Shown: piece by piece, positions 51,106 to 60,199 of the stretch
Position numbering within the stretch: the first letter of the stretch is position 1
Layout of the letters: each line of letters starts with the position of its first letter
From: a virus
Length of the DNA: 64,000 nt
IMG/VR virus record: IMGVR_UViG_3300020048_000029
Location: 64,001-128,000 of that record
Reading direction: 5' to 3' (one strand)
Made by a program: the position numbers and the translations under genes
The notes under the pieces: generated by a model
Databases searched by the model: none
The model's input: the letters and a program-made list of their open reading frames with translations, nothing else
Told to the model about the DNA's origin: nothing

Positions 51106-51640
51106 GCATCCTCCTAAGAAATAATGTCATTTTAACTCCGTTACCGTCCTTTGAAACCTTTCCGGTTTTCAAGAACTCCTTGACCTTCCGAGCACCTATG
51201 TGGTGAGCAGCGGCAAGTATCCCAGCAGTCGTAATCTTGTACCCGTGAACTTCGCGTCCGGAGTAGAGAGTAATGTACTTTTTCAAGTACACACGGTTCT
51301 TGGTAGTTATCATTTCAAGTGCCTTAAGCTGATCTTCTTGAGTGAAGATCTCAGGGTTTTTCCTGAACTTCCTGACGGTAACACCTCTCCACCCAATGTC
51401 CTTTAGAGCAAGGTCTCCAATCTGATAAAGCCCGATATACAAACCGGATTTACTAACAGCAGCCGGGTCTCCTCCACTCTCATGGGTAGAAATCCTCCTT
51501 GCGTATTCTTCGAAGTCAAACTCGTCTTTACGACTATCCTTCTTGGACGACAAAGAGCCGGATCCGACCCTTATGTATTCGATCGGCTTTGACACTGCGA
51601 GGTGCGATACTATAATGAGAATTATTATGAACACTCTCAT
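51095..51640 (-). CDS. Lysozyme-like/lytic transglycosylase with N-terminal signal
   Basis: Hydrophobic N terminus; HESGG...GLYQ; LAAAHHIG. Confidence 0.7.
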   Translation of the reverse strand: MRVFIIILIIVSHLAVSKPIEYIRVGSGSLSSKKDSRKDEFDFEEYARRISTHESGGDPAAVSKSGLYIGLYQIGDLALKDIGWRGVTVRKFRKNPEIFTQEDQLKALEMITTKNRVYLKKYITLYSGREVHGYKITTAGILAAAHHIGARKVKEFLKTGKVSKDGNGVKMTLFLRRMHDL

Positions 51641-52015
51641 AAAACTATCCTTTCAAAAGATCCGCTTTCGTTATTATGTCGAAGTGTTCATACTTCTCGT
51701 TAATTACACGATTACACGCTGCGATCTTCATCTTTTCAAGTGAGATGTCGCTATCAATTATCTTGCAAAGTCTTTTCTTCAAGTCTAAGAAGTGCTCCTC
51801 TTTCGTCATAGAAAGATTTATCTGCTCATAGGTCTTTACGCCATTTGCAGTCATTCCTGTGATGATGAAGTTCCCAGCATCAAAGTCGAGAATTTTCACA
51901 TCTCTAACTATTGTCGCAACCCTGATTTTGTTGTCAGAGTAGAATTTCTTGTTCAATCTGAAAATCCTCTTGGCACCGCCAAGAGAATTTACGTTTTCAC
52001 AAAAGTCTTCAAACG

Positions 52016-52735
52016 TCATGAAAGCTCCTTGATTACTTCAATTCCTTTGTACACCTCACGAGGAGATGGTTTTGAAGGGAAGTTGAAAATTGTACCATTA
52101 CAGTTTTTGTATTGGTTTCCAGAATCCTGCGTGATAACAAATACTTCTCCGTCAACGGAAACAAGGAATCTTGCTCTGAAGTATTCATCAATAATCCTTT
52201 TTACATCGATCCTGTTAATGATCTTTTCAACTTTGAATCCGCCGGCTTTAACAAACTCATGGTTATGAGCTGTCATCTCATTGCTCATCATGAACACTTT
52301 TACCGGTTTTTCTTGCAACTCCATGATAACGCTCGAAGAGTCGTCGAACACATGTGTCACATCGCAAGCTTCGATCAAAGGCCACTTTTCACTCTTCCCG
52401 AAGAATATGAATTTTATGTCAGGGAAAAATTTGTTCATCATCCCTCTCGTTGACCTTCTGACACTGTCCGGTCTTTTTGTAACGCTTATCGGAACGTGAC
52501 CAAGTTTTACAAGCTCTGAAACAAATTCCTCCATGCCTTCATTTGGGAGGAAATCACCAGCGTGCTCATCGCTATTGAACATCATCTCGATTTCATCCAT
52601 CGCCTCTGTAGGGATGTCCATCTGTCTGTAGTCATACTTGACTTCAGCATGCTCACATCCGTACTTTATCATCACCTTTTCAATCGTGTTGTTGTTGATA
52701 AGTGTGTCATCGATATCAAACATTACTACTGACAT
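52016..52735 (-). CDS. HAD-family 5'(3')-deoxyribonucleotidase-like protein
   Basis: FDIDDTL, SVTKR, HVFDD motifs. Confidence 0.75.
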   Translation of the reverse strand: MSVVMFDIDDTLINNNTIEKVMIKYGCEHAEVKYDYRQMDIPTEAMDEIEMMFNSDEHAGDFLPNEGMEEFVSELVKLGHVPISVTKRPDSVRRSTRGMMNKFFPDIKFIFFGKSEKWPLIEACDVTHVFDDSSSVIMELQEKPVKVFMMSNEMTAHNHEFVKAGGFKVEKIINRIDVKRIIDEYFRARFLVSVDGEVFVITQDSGNQYKNCNGTIFNFPSKPSPREVYKGIEVIKELS

Positions 52736-52925
52736 TCCTGCTCCTTGTTATTTTCCACGTTGCATTTTTCTCGCTTTCTTCTCAGCAAGTCTCTTCAGCC
52801 TTTGCGACTTTGGCTTCTGATTCTTCTGCTTATTTTTTGCTGCGACTGGCGGTCTATTAGCCCTACCTGTAAGATTGAACTCTTCTTCAGAAATTGAATG
52901 CTTGCGAAGGATTTTATAGATAAGT

Positions 52926-53480
52926 TCATTCATTTACAAACCCTAATTTCCCAAGGTTGTTATCAACGCTGCAAGACCCATGTCTTATTTGATTGATAAT
53001 ACCTTCAGCCTCATTTGCAACAGTATTGTACGGCACAATCTTAGACACATTGAACCCGTCAGTTCCGACAGCAGTTATGAGACAAGAGTGAGCTCCACCA
53101 ATACGTTTTTCAATTCTGTAATCCAATTCTACAGAGATAACGTAGTCATACCTGTTAACAGAAAGAGTCTTTTTCATTATGTTGCTGCTGGGAAGCTTTA
53201 GCTCATGGAACTCGGCAAACATGCATCTTTCACTTCTGACATTTAAGCCATACGCCGGGTTCCACATATCATTTCTTTGAATGTAAGTTACACCGTCTTT
53301 AACGAAGAATGTCAGCAACGACATTGCACATTCAACAGCATCGCATTCGTGGCCAGATCTAAACTTGATACCAAACCTCTTTGCAACTTCAAGGACTTTA
53401 TTAGTGTCCTCGACAGTTTCGGTCCAGTACATACACTTGTCTGACAGATACTCTTCTACAAATTCTTCTCTTGTTCTCAT
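52926..53480 (-). CDS. Hypothetical protein
   Basis: GGAG RBS, 184 aa. Confidence 0.55.
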   Translation of the reverse strand: MRTREEFVEEYLSDKCMYWTETVEDTNKVLEVAKRFGIKFRSGHECDAVECAMSLLTFFVKDGVTYIQRNDMWNPAYGLNVRSERCMFAEFHELKLPSSNIMKKTLSVNRYDYVISVELDYRIEKRIGGAHSCLITAVGTDGFNVSKIVPYNTVANEAEGIINQIRHGSCSVDNNLGKLGFVNE

Positions 53481-53491
53481 TTGAGCTACTC

Positions 53492-54121
53492 CTATAAAAT
53501 TTTACTTCTTCTTATGAAAACCTTGTCATACCCAAGATCTTCAAACAAATTATTTCCTTCACCGGAAATTGTGATGAGCTGTATCGACTTCTTCCCTTTC
53601 TGTCGATAAACTCCTTCAATCATTTCCATCGATTTTTTGGCTATCCCTCTACCTCTGTACTTTTTTGAGATAAAAAGAGTATCGATTACGATATTGTGTA
53701 AATCTGTAATTCTTACATATCCTGCAACTTTTTCTTTGAAGAATATGATACCAATTTTTTCAAATATTGGTATGACGACACTTTCTTTAGTGCGCTTTAC
53801 AAGTCTTGGTGATTTTTTAGTAAGATCAGTCAAGCCTTTCGCACCTTTTATCTTTTTGAGCTTATTGAAGAAATACAATTCGCATTTGTTTACCATTTCA
53901 ACATACTTTTCAATGTTGCCTTTGACAACTTTTTCACCGAACGCAATGGTAATTCCCGATCCGTTATTCAAGTACATCACTTCAACTTCTTTTACAGTAT
54001 CGTCACTTAACGGAGCAACATCGTCACTTAACGGAGCAACAACGCGCTTATTCCTCTTGAATTTCAATTGTAACTTCCTTTCTTTCAACTCCTGCAAGCT
54101 CTCTGTATTCATCATTGTCAA
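53492..54121 (-). CDS. GNAT-family acetyltransferase
   Basis: IDTLFISKKYRGRGIAK...LFEDLGY. Confidence 0.75.
   Translation of the reverse strand: MTMMNTESLQELKERKLQLKFKRNKRVVAPLSDDVAPLSDDTVKEVEVMYLNNGSGITIAFGEKVVKGNIEKYVEMVNKCELYFFNKLKKIKGAKGLTDLTKKSPRLVKRTKESVVIPIFEKIGIIFFKEKVAGYVRITDLHNIVIDTLFISKKYRGRGIAKKSMEMIEGVYRQKGKKSIQLITISGEGNNLFEDLGYDKVFIRRSKIL
53999..54040. repeat. Perfect 21-bp tandem duplication (VAPLSDD x2)
   Basis: ATCGTCACTTAACGGAGCAAC occurs twice in tandem. Confidence 0.9.
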
Positions 54122-54231
54122 CTACGCATGCACCTGGACATTCAATTGTAGTTTCATCAACATAATCTTCGTAGCAGATACCAAAACCATCTGCATCAAC
54201 AACTCTGCCATTGTAAATACAATCAACTTCT

Positions 54232-54579
54232 TTACAGCGCATCTATGCTACTCCTTAGTTCGTCAATCACAGCAAGGACTTCATCTTTTCTAAGCCCTTT
54301 GCAATTTTTTGTTATAGTTTCTGATATGGCAATCTTCAGAAGCTCCTTGTCTTTGTTAGTAGGAACTGGATCGCCTTTTCTCCACTTCTTACAAACCCAA
54401 TACTCACCATCCATTTTACCGTAAGCTTCCCACGCGAATATCGGGTTCCCGCTTAAAAAATATTCGCCTATTTTTGGCGACCCTCTACGCACTACAATGG
54501 CGCCAATATTGGTGTTGTGCTGAGTAAGATTGTTGGTACCAATTCTGAATACTTTTCCTATCATAAACACCTCCTTCAA
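54232..54579 (-). CDS. Hypothetical protein
   Basis: Promoter motif and GGAGG RBS. Confidence 0.55.
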   Translation of the reverse strand: MKEVFMIGKVFRIGTNNLTQHNTNIGAIVVRRGSPKIGEYFLSGNPIFAWEAYGKMDGEYWVCKKWRKGDPVPTNKDKELLKIAISETITKNCKGLRKDEVLAVIDELRSSIDAL

Positions 54580-54657
54580 TATAATTATTCCAAAAATATG
54601 GCTAAAAAAACGGCCCTATGTTTTCACATAGAGCCGCACACTCCAACTTACAACTTC

Positions 54658-57222
54658 TCAGTTGCAGCCGGAATATCCACAGTCTTTACAAATTGAACAC
54701 CCAGCAGAGTATTCCATATTGTCAGATCCGCATGACACGCATTTGTCATTAACCACCTTTTCCCCGTCGGATATTTTCGACGATAAGAATTTTCTTACCG
54801 CCGTCAAAAGTGACGAGATGTGATCGCCTTCTATGCCTTTAATCGCTCCAACAATATCAGGGATTGATATGTTGTGTCGAAGGCATAGTGAGACCATCCT
54901 GGCAATCTTGTTATGGCCAGGCTGGTGATCCATCTTGTTTACAGTCTTGCTTACAATAGATGGAGACACACCTTTTGATATAGCCATAGACTCAAGACTT
55001 GCAACAGCCTTCGTAACGTACTTCAACTCAGACCGCAGATTATTTGTATTAATCCACATCGCGAATGGGAACTTGAAATCGCTATCTTCAGGAAGATAGC
55101 TGAAGTTAATGTAGTACTTCTCGCCTTCTCTACGAATTACAGAAGTTGGTCCATTCACTAACTCAGAAGGACATTTCAAGTCTTCCGGTATAACTTCACG
55201 AACATCTTCAGATTCAATCTTACTTAGAACGGATGACATTGTGCCATCGCGATAAGTAGTAATCCCGATAAGACCACGCTTCCATGCCTGCATGTAAAGA
55301 TCTTTGAAATCATCGAACGGATAATTGTTCGGAAGATTCACAGTCTTTGATATGCTCTGGTTGCAGTAGTACTGCGCAGCAGCCTGAACATCAATATGAC
55401 TCTTAACAGACAAGCTGTTCGTTGTCACGATGTAGTCAGCATTAACATCTTCTGGGAAGTTTTCAAGAACCCAATTGTAACCATAATCTCTGACAGGAGA
55501 CTTCTTACAAAGTCCTCTTCCGCCTTTGTCAGGCTCGAAGTAATACGTTTCACCGTTATACTGGCCTTCATAAGCGAAGAATTTATCCTTGTCACCAATC
55601 TCTACCTTCTTGAAGTCAGAGTAGATCATTTCATCAGAAAGACCGGCTGGATACTCTTTGCACACAGCTGTTCTGATATACTCTGTCATGAAGACCGGTT
55701 CGATTCCATTTGTCACATTGTCAAGGATTACCGAAGTGTTTCCAGTAGGAGCATTTGTGGTAGTCTTTGCATTGCGAACTCCGTGGGCCCGAATAAGATC
55801 TTTCACATCTTCATCAAGACGATCTGAAAGGAAGTATTCAGTGTTAAGATGCTTCTTAGCATTGTAAGCCGGGAAAGCGCCTTTTTCTTTTGCGAGAAGA
55901 GCTGATGTCCGCATTGTCTCATTCTCTTTGATCTTCGTAATTCGACTTACGAACTCAACAGCTTCCGGAGAATCATATCTCACACCAAGCATGAACAATG
56001 CAGATCCAACTCCGATAACACCCATCCCATATTGACGAAGGTTTTTCACAGCCCAGTCATAAGATGGTAACGGGAGATTTGTAATGTCGCAAACATTGTC
56101 AAGCATTCTTGCGAATACTCTCACATCTTCCGAGTAAGTATCAAAATCAAATGTCCTGTCAAGACCGATGTATTGAGTTAAGTTTATGCTACCAAGTAGA
56201 CAAACTGTTGTCAATTCAGGGTTTCCAGGTATCTCGCCACATGGATTCGTAGCATTTACACGGCCAAGGTACGACACAGGATTATTTCGCTGCATTGTAT
56301 CAAGGTACAAAATTCCAGGTTCCGCGCGGTTGTAAGTCGATTCCATAATAAGATCGTAAAGGGCTTTCGCAGACACCGTCTTGTAGACAACACCATTGAA
56401 TACCAGATCCCACATTTTATCTTCAGCAACAGCAATCATAAAGTCATCGGTAACACCAACTGACATGTTGAATTTCGTAAGGACGCCAGACTTCTGCTTG
56501 GCTTTTACGAACTCCTCAATATCTGGATGGTCAACACGAAGAACTCCCATCAAAGCACCTTTGCGGATCTCTTTGATAACTTCTCCGCGGGCTTTGTCAA
56601 CTGAGTCCTGGTCGAGAAAGTTAGTCAAAACATCTCGGTACCCATCTCCGTCACCTTTAACAACGCATCCAGCGACCGCATCGAACACTTCCATGAAAGT
56701 TGGAACTCCAGGATGTCTTACACCTGATCCACCGATTTTCGACCCTCTTGGACGAATCCATGAGAAGTCCATTCCCCATCCACCTTCAGAAGAAAGTGTC
56801 ATAGCCTCTTCCATGATTGTCAGGAAGATGTTTGCCATGTTGTCCGGGGTTTCCGGAGTATTAATCTCTACAGGGATCAAAATCCCAATCTCGCCATTTC
56901 CGCGGGTATAGGAGATCTTCGCATTCTTAACAGGCCCAGAGATAAAGCAATTCATCAAAGTGGTACCATTATACTCTGTCCCGATATTCGCTGTCACGCG
57001 ACCTCCGGTAGAGCTTTTGATACCAACTGGAATTGAGTCCTCATCGAATTTGAGCATAGTCTTCATGAACCTGTTGAACCAGTACTCTTTGTCATCTTCT
57101 ACTGATGCAAGAGCTGTACAAACTCGGCGAGCTGTACCAAAGAAATTCCGTTCACCAATGTAAGCATACTTTCGTCCCCAGTGTTCTTTTGCAAGGTCGG
57201 TTTTCAAAATTGTTTCAATCAT
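54658..57222 (-). CDS. nrdJ: Class II (B12-dependent) ribonucleotide reductase
   Basis: TLMNCF, GGWGMDFS, ATNPCGEI, CLLGSINL, APTGNTS, ISKTVN, C-terminal Cys ribbon; no small subunit nearby. Confidence 0.88.
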   Translation of the reverse strand: MIETILKTDLAKEHWGRKYAYIGERNFFGTARRVCTALASVEDDKEYWFNRFMKTMLKFDEDSIPVGIKSSTGGRVTANIGTEYNGTTLMNCFISGPVKNAKISYTRGNGEIGILIPVEINTPETPDNMANIFLTIMEEAMTLSSEGGWGMDFSWIRPRGSKIGGSGVRHPGVPTFMEVFDAVAGCVVKGDGDGYRDVLTNFLDQDSVDKARGEVIKEIRKGALMGVLRVDHPDIEEFVKAKQKSGVLTKFNMSVGVTDDFMIAVAEDKMWDLVFNGVVYKTVSAKALYDLIMESTYNRAEPGILYLDTMQRNNPVSYLGRVNATNPCGEIPGNPELTTVCLLGSINLTQYIGLDRTFDFDTYSEDVRVFARMLDNVCDITNLPLPSYDWAVKNLRQYGMGVIGVGSALFMLGVRYDSPEAVEFVSRITKIKENETMRTSALLAKEKGAFPAYNAKKHLNTEYFLSDRLDEDVKDLIRAHGVRNAKTTTNAPTGNTSVILDNVTNGIEPVFMTEYIRTAVCKEYPAGLSDEMIYSDFKKVEIGDKDKFFAYEGQYNGETYYFEPDKGGRGLCKKSPVRDYGYNWVLENFPEDVNADYIVTTNSLSVKSHIDVQAAAQYYCNQSISKTVNLPNNYPFDDFKDLYMQAWKRGLIGITTYRDGTMSSVLSKIESEDVREVIPEDLKCPSELVNGPTSVIRREGEKYYINFSYLPEDSDFKFPFAMWINTNNLRSELKYVTKAVASLESMAISKGVSPSIVSKTVNKMDHQPGHNKIARMVSLCLRHNISIPDIVGAIKGIEGDHISSLLTAVRKFLSSKISDGEKVVNDKCVSCGSDNMEYSAGCSICKDCGYSGCN

Positions 57223-57593
57223 TTTGACACCCCTTCCTTACCCCACTGAACAACGAACCCAAGAAAATCATAGAGCGCCGGCCACACCTTTTTGAGTCCG
57301 TACTTATGACCAAGATCGTTATCGTAATCTTCAGGGCTTACACATGAAGAAGTTGTTACGATTTCGAATCCTGTTATTATTTTCGCCGTAATCACAGCTG
57401 TCTTCTCGCCTGTTTTATGGGCGTTTGAATACTCAACCAAATTACTAACGTCTTCCTCGGTTATCTTATTGTCGTCTTTGACAAGATTGAAAAACTGCTT
57501 CTCAAAAACACTTGATGGCATAGTAACGCCTGAGACCGTTACTGTTCCATCTTCGTTTACAACTGGATTACCAGAAATTACACCAACTACCAA
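57219..57593 (-). CDS. Phage protein, N4 gp49/Sf6 gp66-like
   Basis: GFEIVTTSSCVSPEDYDNDLGHKY motif. Confidence 0.65.
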   Translation of the reverse strand: MVVGVISGNPVVNEDGTVTVSGVTMPSSVFEKQFFNLVKDDNKITEEDVSNLVEYSNAHKTGEKTAVITAKIITGFEIVTTSSCVSPEDYDNDLGHKYGLKKVWPALYDFLGFVVQWGKEGVSK

Positions 57594-57603
57594 ACTATCC
57601 TCC

Positions 57604-58275
57604 TTAAGGCAACAAAACCGAGCGTAGCGATTCTGCTATGCACGGCACTTCAATTTTTTTAACAAGCTTCAGAAGATCACTTCTTACACCTGTTATAACT
57701 GTCGCCATTCCAACACTGCAATCATCTCCGAAGACTCTTCTCTTAGCTCTCACGTAGTCAGCGTAGGCTATTTCGTCGATACCTTCGTACACAACAGGCG
57801 TCTTGATTGGTATGTGCTCAAACTTTAAGCAGTACTCATCAAGAAGGCCGTCGATGTCATCTTCGCCGGAATGGGTGAACAATATAGTTTCTGGACGAAT
57901 AGCTTTTGGCTGATGTTCAGAAACTTCAAAGCTGAATGGCAGTTGTCCAAGTTCGTCATCCTCAAATGATCCGCCGCAATCATGGTGCATTGCGTAAAAG
58001 ATCGCCTTATGAAGAAGTGACTTTACCTTGTTATAAACTGTCACACCACTGGCGTTCTGGAGGACCTGCTCATTAACATAGACGAAGACAAATCTGTCAT
58101 GGGTAATCCGATACGGATACTCAAGCATTTCGTATAGTTCCTTGTCAGTAAAGCCTTGGAAATATCTCAGGGATCCAAGTCTTACCATTTTTATTACTTT
58201 GAAGCAACACGAGTGCTTATCAAACAATCCATCTGTATCAAGAGCGTTAACAGACCTGCGGGCATAAGGCCTCAT
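57604..58275 (-). CDS. Hypothetical protein immediately downstream of the ncRNA array
   Basis: AGGAG RBS, 223 aa. Confidence 0.6.
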   Translation of the reverse strand: MRPYARRSVNALDTDGLFDKHSCCFKVIKMVRLGSLRYFQGFTDKELYEMLEYPYRITHDRFVFVYVNEQVLQNASGVTVYNKVKSLLHKAIFYAMHHDCGGSFEDDELGQLPFSFEVSEHQPKAIRPETILFTHSGEDDIDGLLDEYCLKFEHIPIKTPVVYEGIDEIAYADYVRAKRRVFGDDCSVGMATVITGVRSDLLKLVKKIEVPCIAESLRSVLLP

Positions 58276-58289
58276 TTTAACTCCTAAGT

Positions 58290-58323
58290 AAAAAAAAGAC
58301 CTGCAAGCATTCGCTTACAGGCC
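58290..58323 (-). terminator. Intrinsic terminator closing the ncRNA array
   Basis: GGCCTGTAAGC-GAAT-GCTTGCAGGTC-T8 on - strand, with G-U pairs. Confidence 0.8.
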
Positions 58324-58325
58324 GA

Positions 58326-58483
58326 TCATCTTCTAATCGGGTGTGAGTACTGAGACGGAAGACTCCGGAGGCGATTTTTACCAGCTTTGCTGGTAAGGGG
58401 CGCCTCAGGTGTCATCCGTCTGGGTACAACCCAAACAATTCAAGTCTCCAGACCGAATCGGACTGGTAACAACATCAAGATGA
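58326..58483 (-). ncRNA. Retron-like msr-msd unit 1
   Basis: IR TCATCTT/AAGATGA; candidate branch G 58476; loop GAUUC; long hairpin. Confidence 0.75.
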
Positions 58484-58484
58484 A

Positions 58485-58643
58485 ACTACCTTCTAATCGA
58501 CTACACTGTGGCAGCGGAAAGACGTCCTGAGACCTATAGCTTCCTTGGAAGCGGCCAGGTCTCGGGTGGTCATCCGCTGCATCAGGTAGCAAGCGCAATA
58601 TCAAACTGAACCGATACAGTTCAGCATACTTCATCAAGGTAGT
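58485..58643 (-). ncRNA. Retron-like msr-msd unit 2
   Basis: IR ACTACCTT/AAGGTAGT; G 58635; loop GUAUC. Confidence 0.75.
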
Positions 58644-58779
58644 GCTTTCTAATTGTGGAGATGTATCCATGGATGGCCCTGGGTAGCGCCTTGCGAAGCC
58701 CAGGGCCGTCTGTTGGATGCATCAGCAGTCAACAATAGCGATCCAAGTCGAAACGACATGGAAATACTCTTCAAAGCAC
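58642..58779 (-). ncRNA. Retron-like msr-msd unit 3
   Basis: IR GTGCTTT/AAAGCAC; G 58772; loop GUUUC. Confidence 0.75.
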
Positions 58780-58783
58780 GAGG

Positions 58784-58996
58784 CCCATTCTAATTGCAAC
58801 AGGAAGATGATTGCTATGGCAGAGCGTAGCCGGGGCGTTTCGCAGCGATCGGTTTTCGATTGGCGTAGCAAAGCGGAGCTTGTCGAAATCGATCGCTGCG
58901 AGGGAGCCTGCGGCGTAGTATTGCCATAGTAAGCATACACTGCTACTTCGGAAAATTAACCTTAAGCGAATCGCTCAAGAATACTTCATCAATGGG
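58784..58996 (-). ncRNA. Retron-like msr-msd unit 4
   Basis: IR CCCATT/AATGGG; G 58990; loop GAUUC. Confidence 0.75.
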
Positions 58997-58997
58997 A

Positions 58998-59163
58998 GAA
59001 TTCATTCTAATCGATAGGATGGAGTCCAGACATACCCTGACGACATGTGTTACGTGCTGCCAACAGCAGCACAGTAACTTATGTGTCAGGGTGTCTGGAC
59101 TACAGCCCAAGTAACACGGAAGACCTGGCCCGAGACAGAACAGGATAACTCTTCAATGAATTC
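58998..59163 (-). ncRNA. Retron-like msr-msd unit 5
   Basis: IR GAATTCATT/AATGAATTC; G 59154; loop GUCUC. Confidence 0.75.
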
Positions 59164-59164
59164 A

Positions 59165-59362
59165 GCGTATTCTATTTGGGCGCAGAAATATCCCGTATGA
59201 CATGTTGGAAAGCGGCCCGGGAAGGTTGCTTCCGTGGCGAAGCCCAGGGAGGAAGCTGCCTTCTTGGGAAAGCGGCCCAACGATGTCAATCGGGAAATTT
59301 ACGCCTACTTGGAACAAAACGACTCAACCGAATCAGCTGAGGATAACACAACGTCAATACGC
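59165..59362 (-). ncRNA. Retron-like msr-msd unit 6
   Basis: IR GCGTATT/AATACGC; G 59355; loop GAUUC. Confidence 0.75.
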
Positions 59363-59518
59363 ACATTCTAATTGCAGATAGTTTCCTGGAGAGAGTGCTC
59401 ACCTAAACCGGTAAAAGCCTTTAGGCTGGCACCGGTTGTGGTGTGCTACTTCTCCAGGACACTGCCAATAGTAAAAAACCGACTGGAAAGAAACTCTCCA
59501 GTAAAAACGTCAATGTAC
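59361..59518 (-). ncRNA. Retron-like msr-msd unit 7
   Basis: IR GCACATT/AATGTAC (G-U on - strand); G 59511; loop GUUUC. Confidence 0.72.
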
Positions 59519-59751
59519 TCTAATTGTCGATTGAAGCACGCCGCGACGTCAGATGGTCAGGCGAGCGGGGCTGATTAGAATTTCTGTTCAAGATTTCTAA
59601 TCTTGGACACAGAAATACAATCGGTCACGCGAGCCATACTTTTTCCTCCGGACCGCAGGGCCGGAAAAAGAGGCCATCTGCGTCGCGGCGTGTTCAACAA
59701 TACCACTCGATGACCGTAGCGAGACACTACGGTATTTCATCATCAGTACAT
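59513..59751 (-). ncRNA. Retron-like msr-msd unit 8 (branched msd)
   Basis: IR ATGTACT/AGTACAT with compensatory change; G 59744; loop GUCUC. Confidence 0.75.
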
Positions 59752-59755
59752 CATT

Positions 59756-59974
59756 TTACGACAGGAAGTCGCGAAGCATTAGCTCGGTCATTGCACCGAA
59801 CTTCCGCTTAACTTCTACACCGTCTTTTTTAAGAATCGTGAGAGGAACAGCTTTCACATCAGGATCGATAGATGAATCTAAGAAAGTGACGTCAGCCTCT
59901 ATTCTTTCGAGTATCTCTCTATAAATCTTACAAGCACCGCACCACTCAGCCTCAAAAACAATAAGCTCAAACAT
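59756..59974 (-). CDS. Thioredoxin-like protein embedded in the array
   Basis: FEAEWCGACK, VPLT cis-Pro motif; GGAG/AGGTG RBS. Confidence 0.85.
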   Translation of the reverse strand: MFELIVFEAEWCGACKIYREILERIEADVTFLDSSIDPDVKAVPLTILKKDGVEVKRKFGAMTELMLRDFLS

Positions 59975-59985
59975 ATCACCTACTC

Positions 59986-60084
59986 CGTGTTCTAATTGGG
60001 CGTTCGAAACTAATCGGGGATTTGTTTCGTACCCAAGACTTTTTAATACCTGAGCCGAGTCAACCCAAGAACATATTCAACACG
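59986..60084 (-). ncRNA. Retron-like msr-msd unit 9 (shortest)
   Basis: IR CGTGTT/AACACG; G 60078; stem CUUGGGU/GCUCAGG needs G-U pairs; loop GACUC. Confidence 0.68.
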
Positions 60085-60199
60085 CATTCTAATAGCGGCG
60101 GAGAGTCCCGGTGAAGAACGCGACATGGTCGCTGTTCTTACCGGGTGCCTTAACATAACTTGACCAGAGCGATTCACCCTGGAATTACTCATCAATGCA
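60083..60199 (-). ncRNA. Retron-like msr-msd unit 10
   Basis: IR (C)GCATT/AATGC(A); G 60193; loop GAAUC. Confidence 0.72.

Noticed and set aside
54658-57222. Intein or intron in nrdJ (or terL)
   Set aside because: ORFs are continuous, of normal length, and lack C/S...HN intein boundaries.
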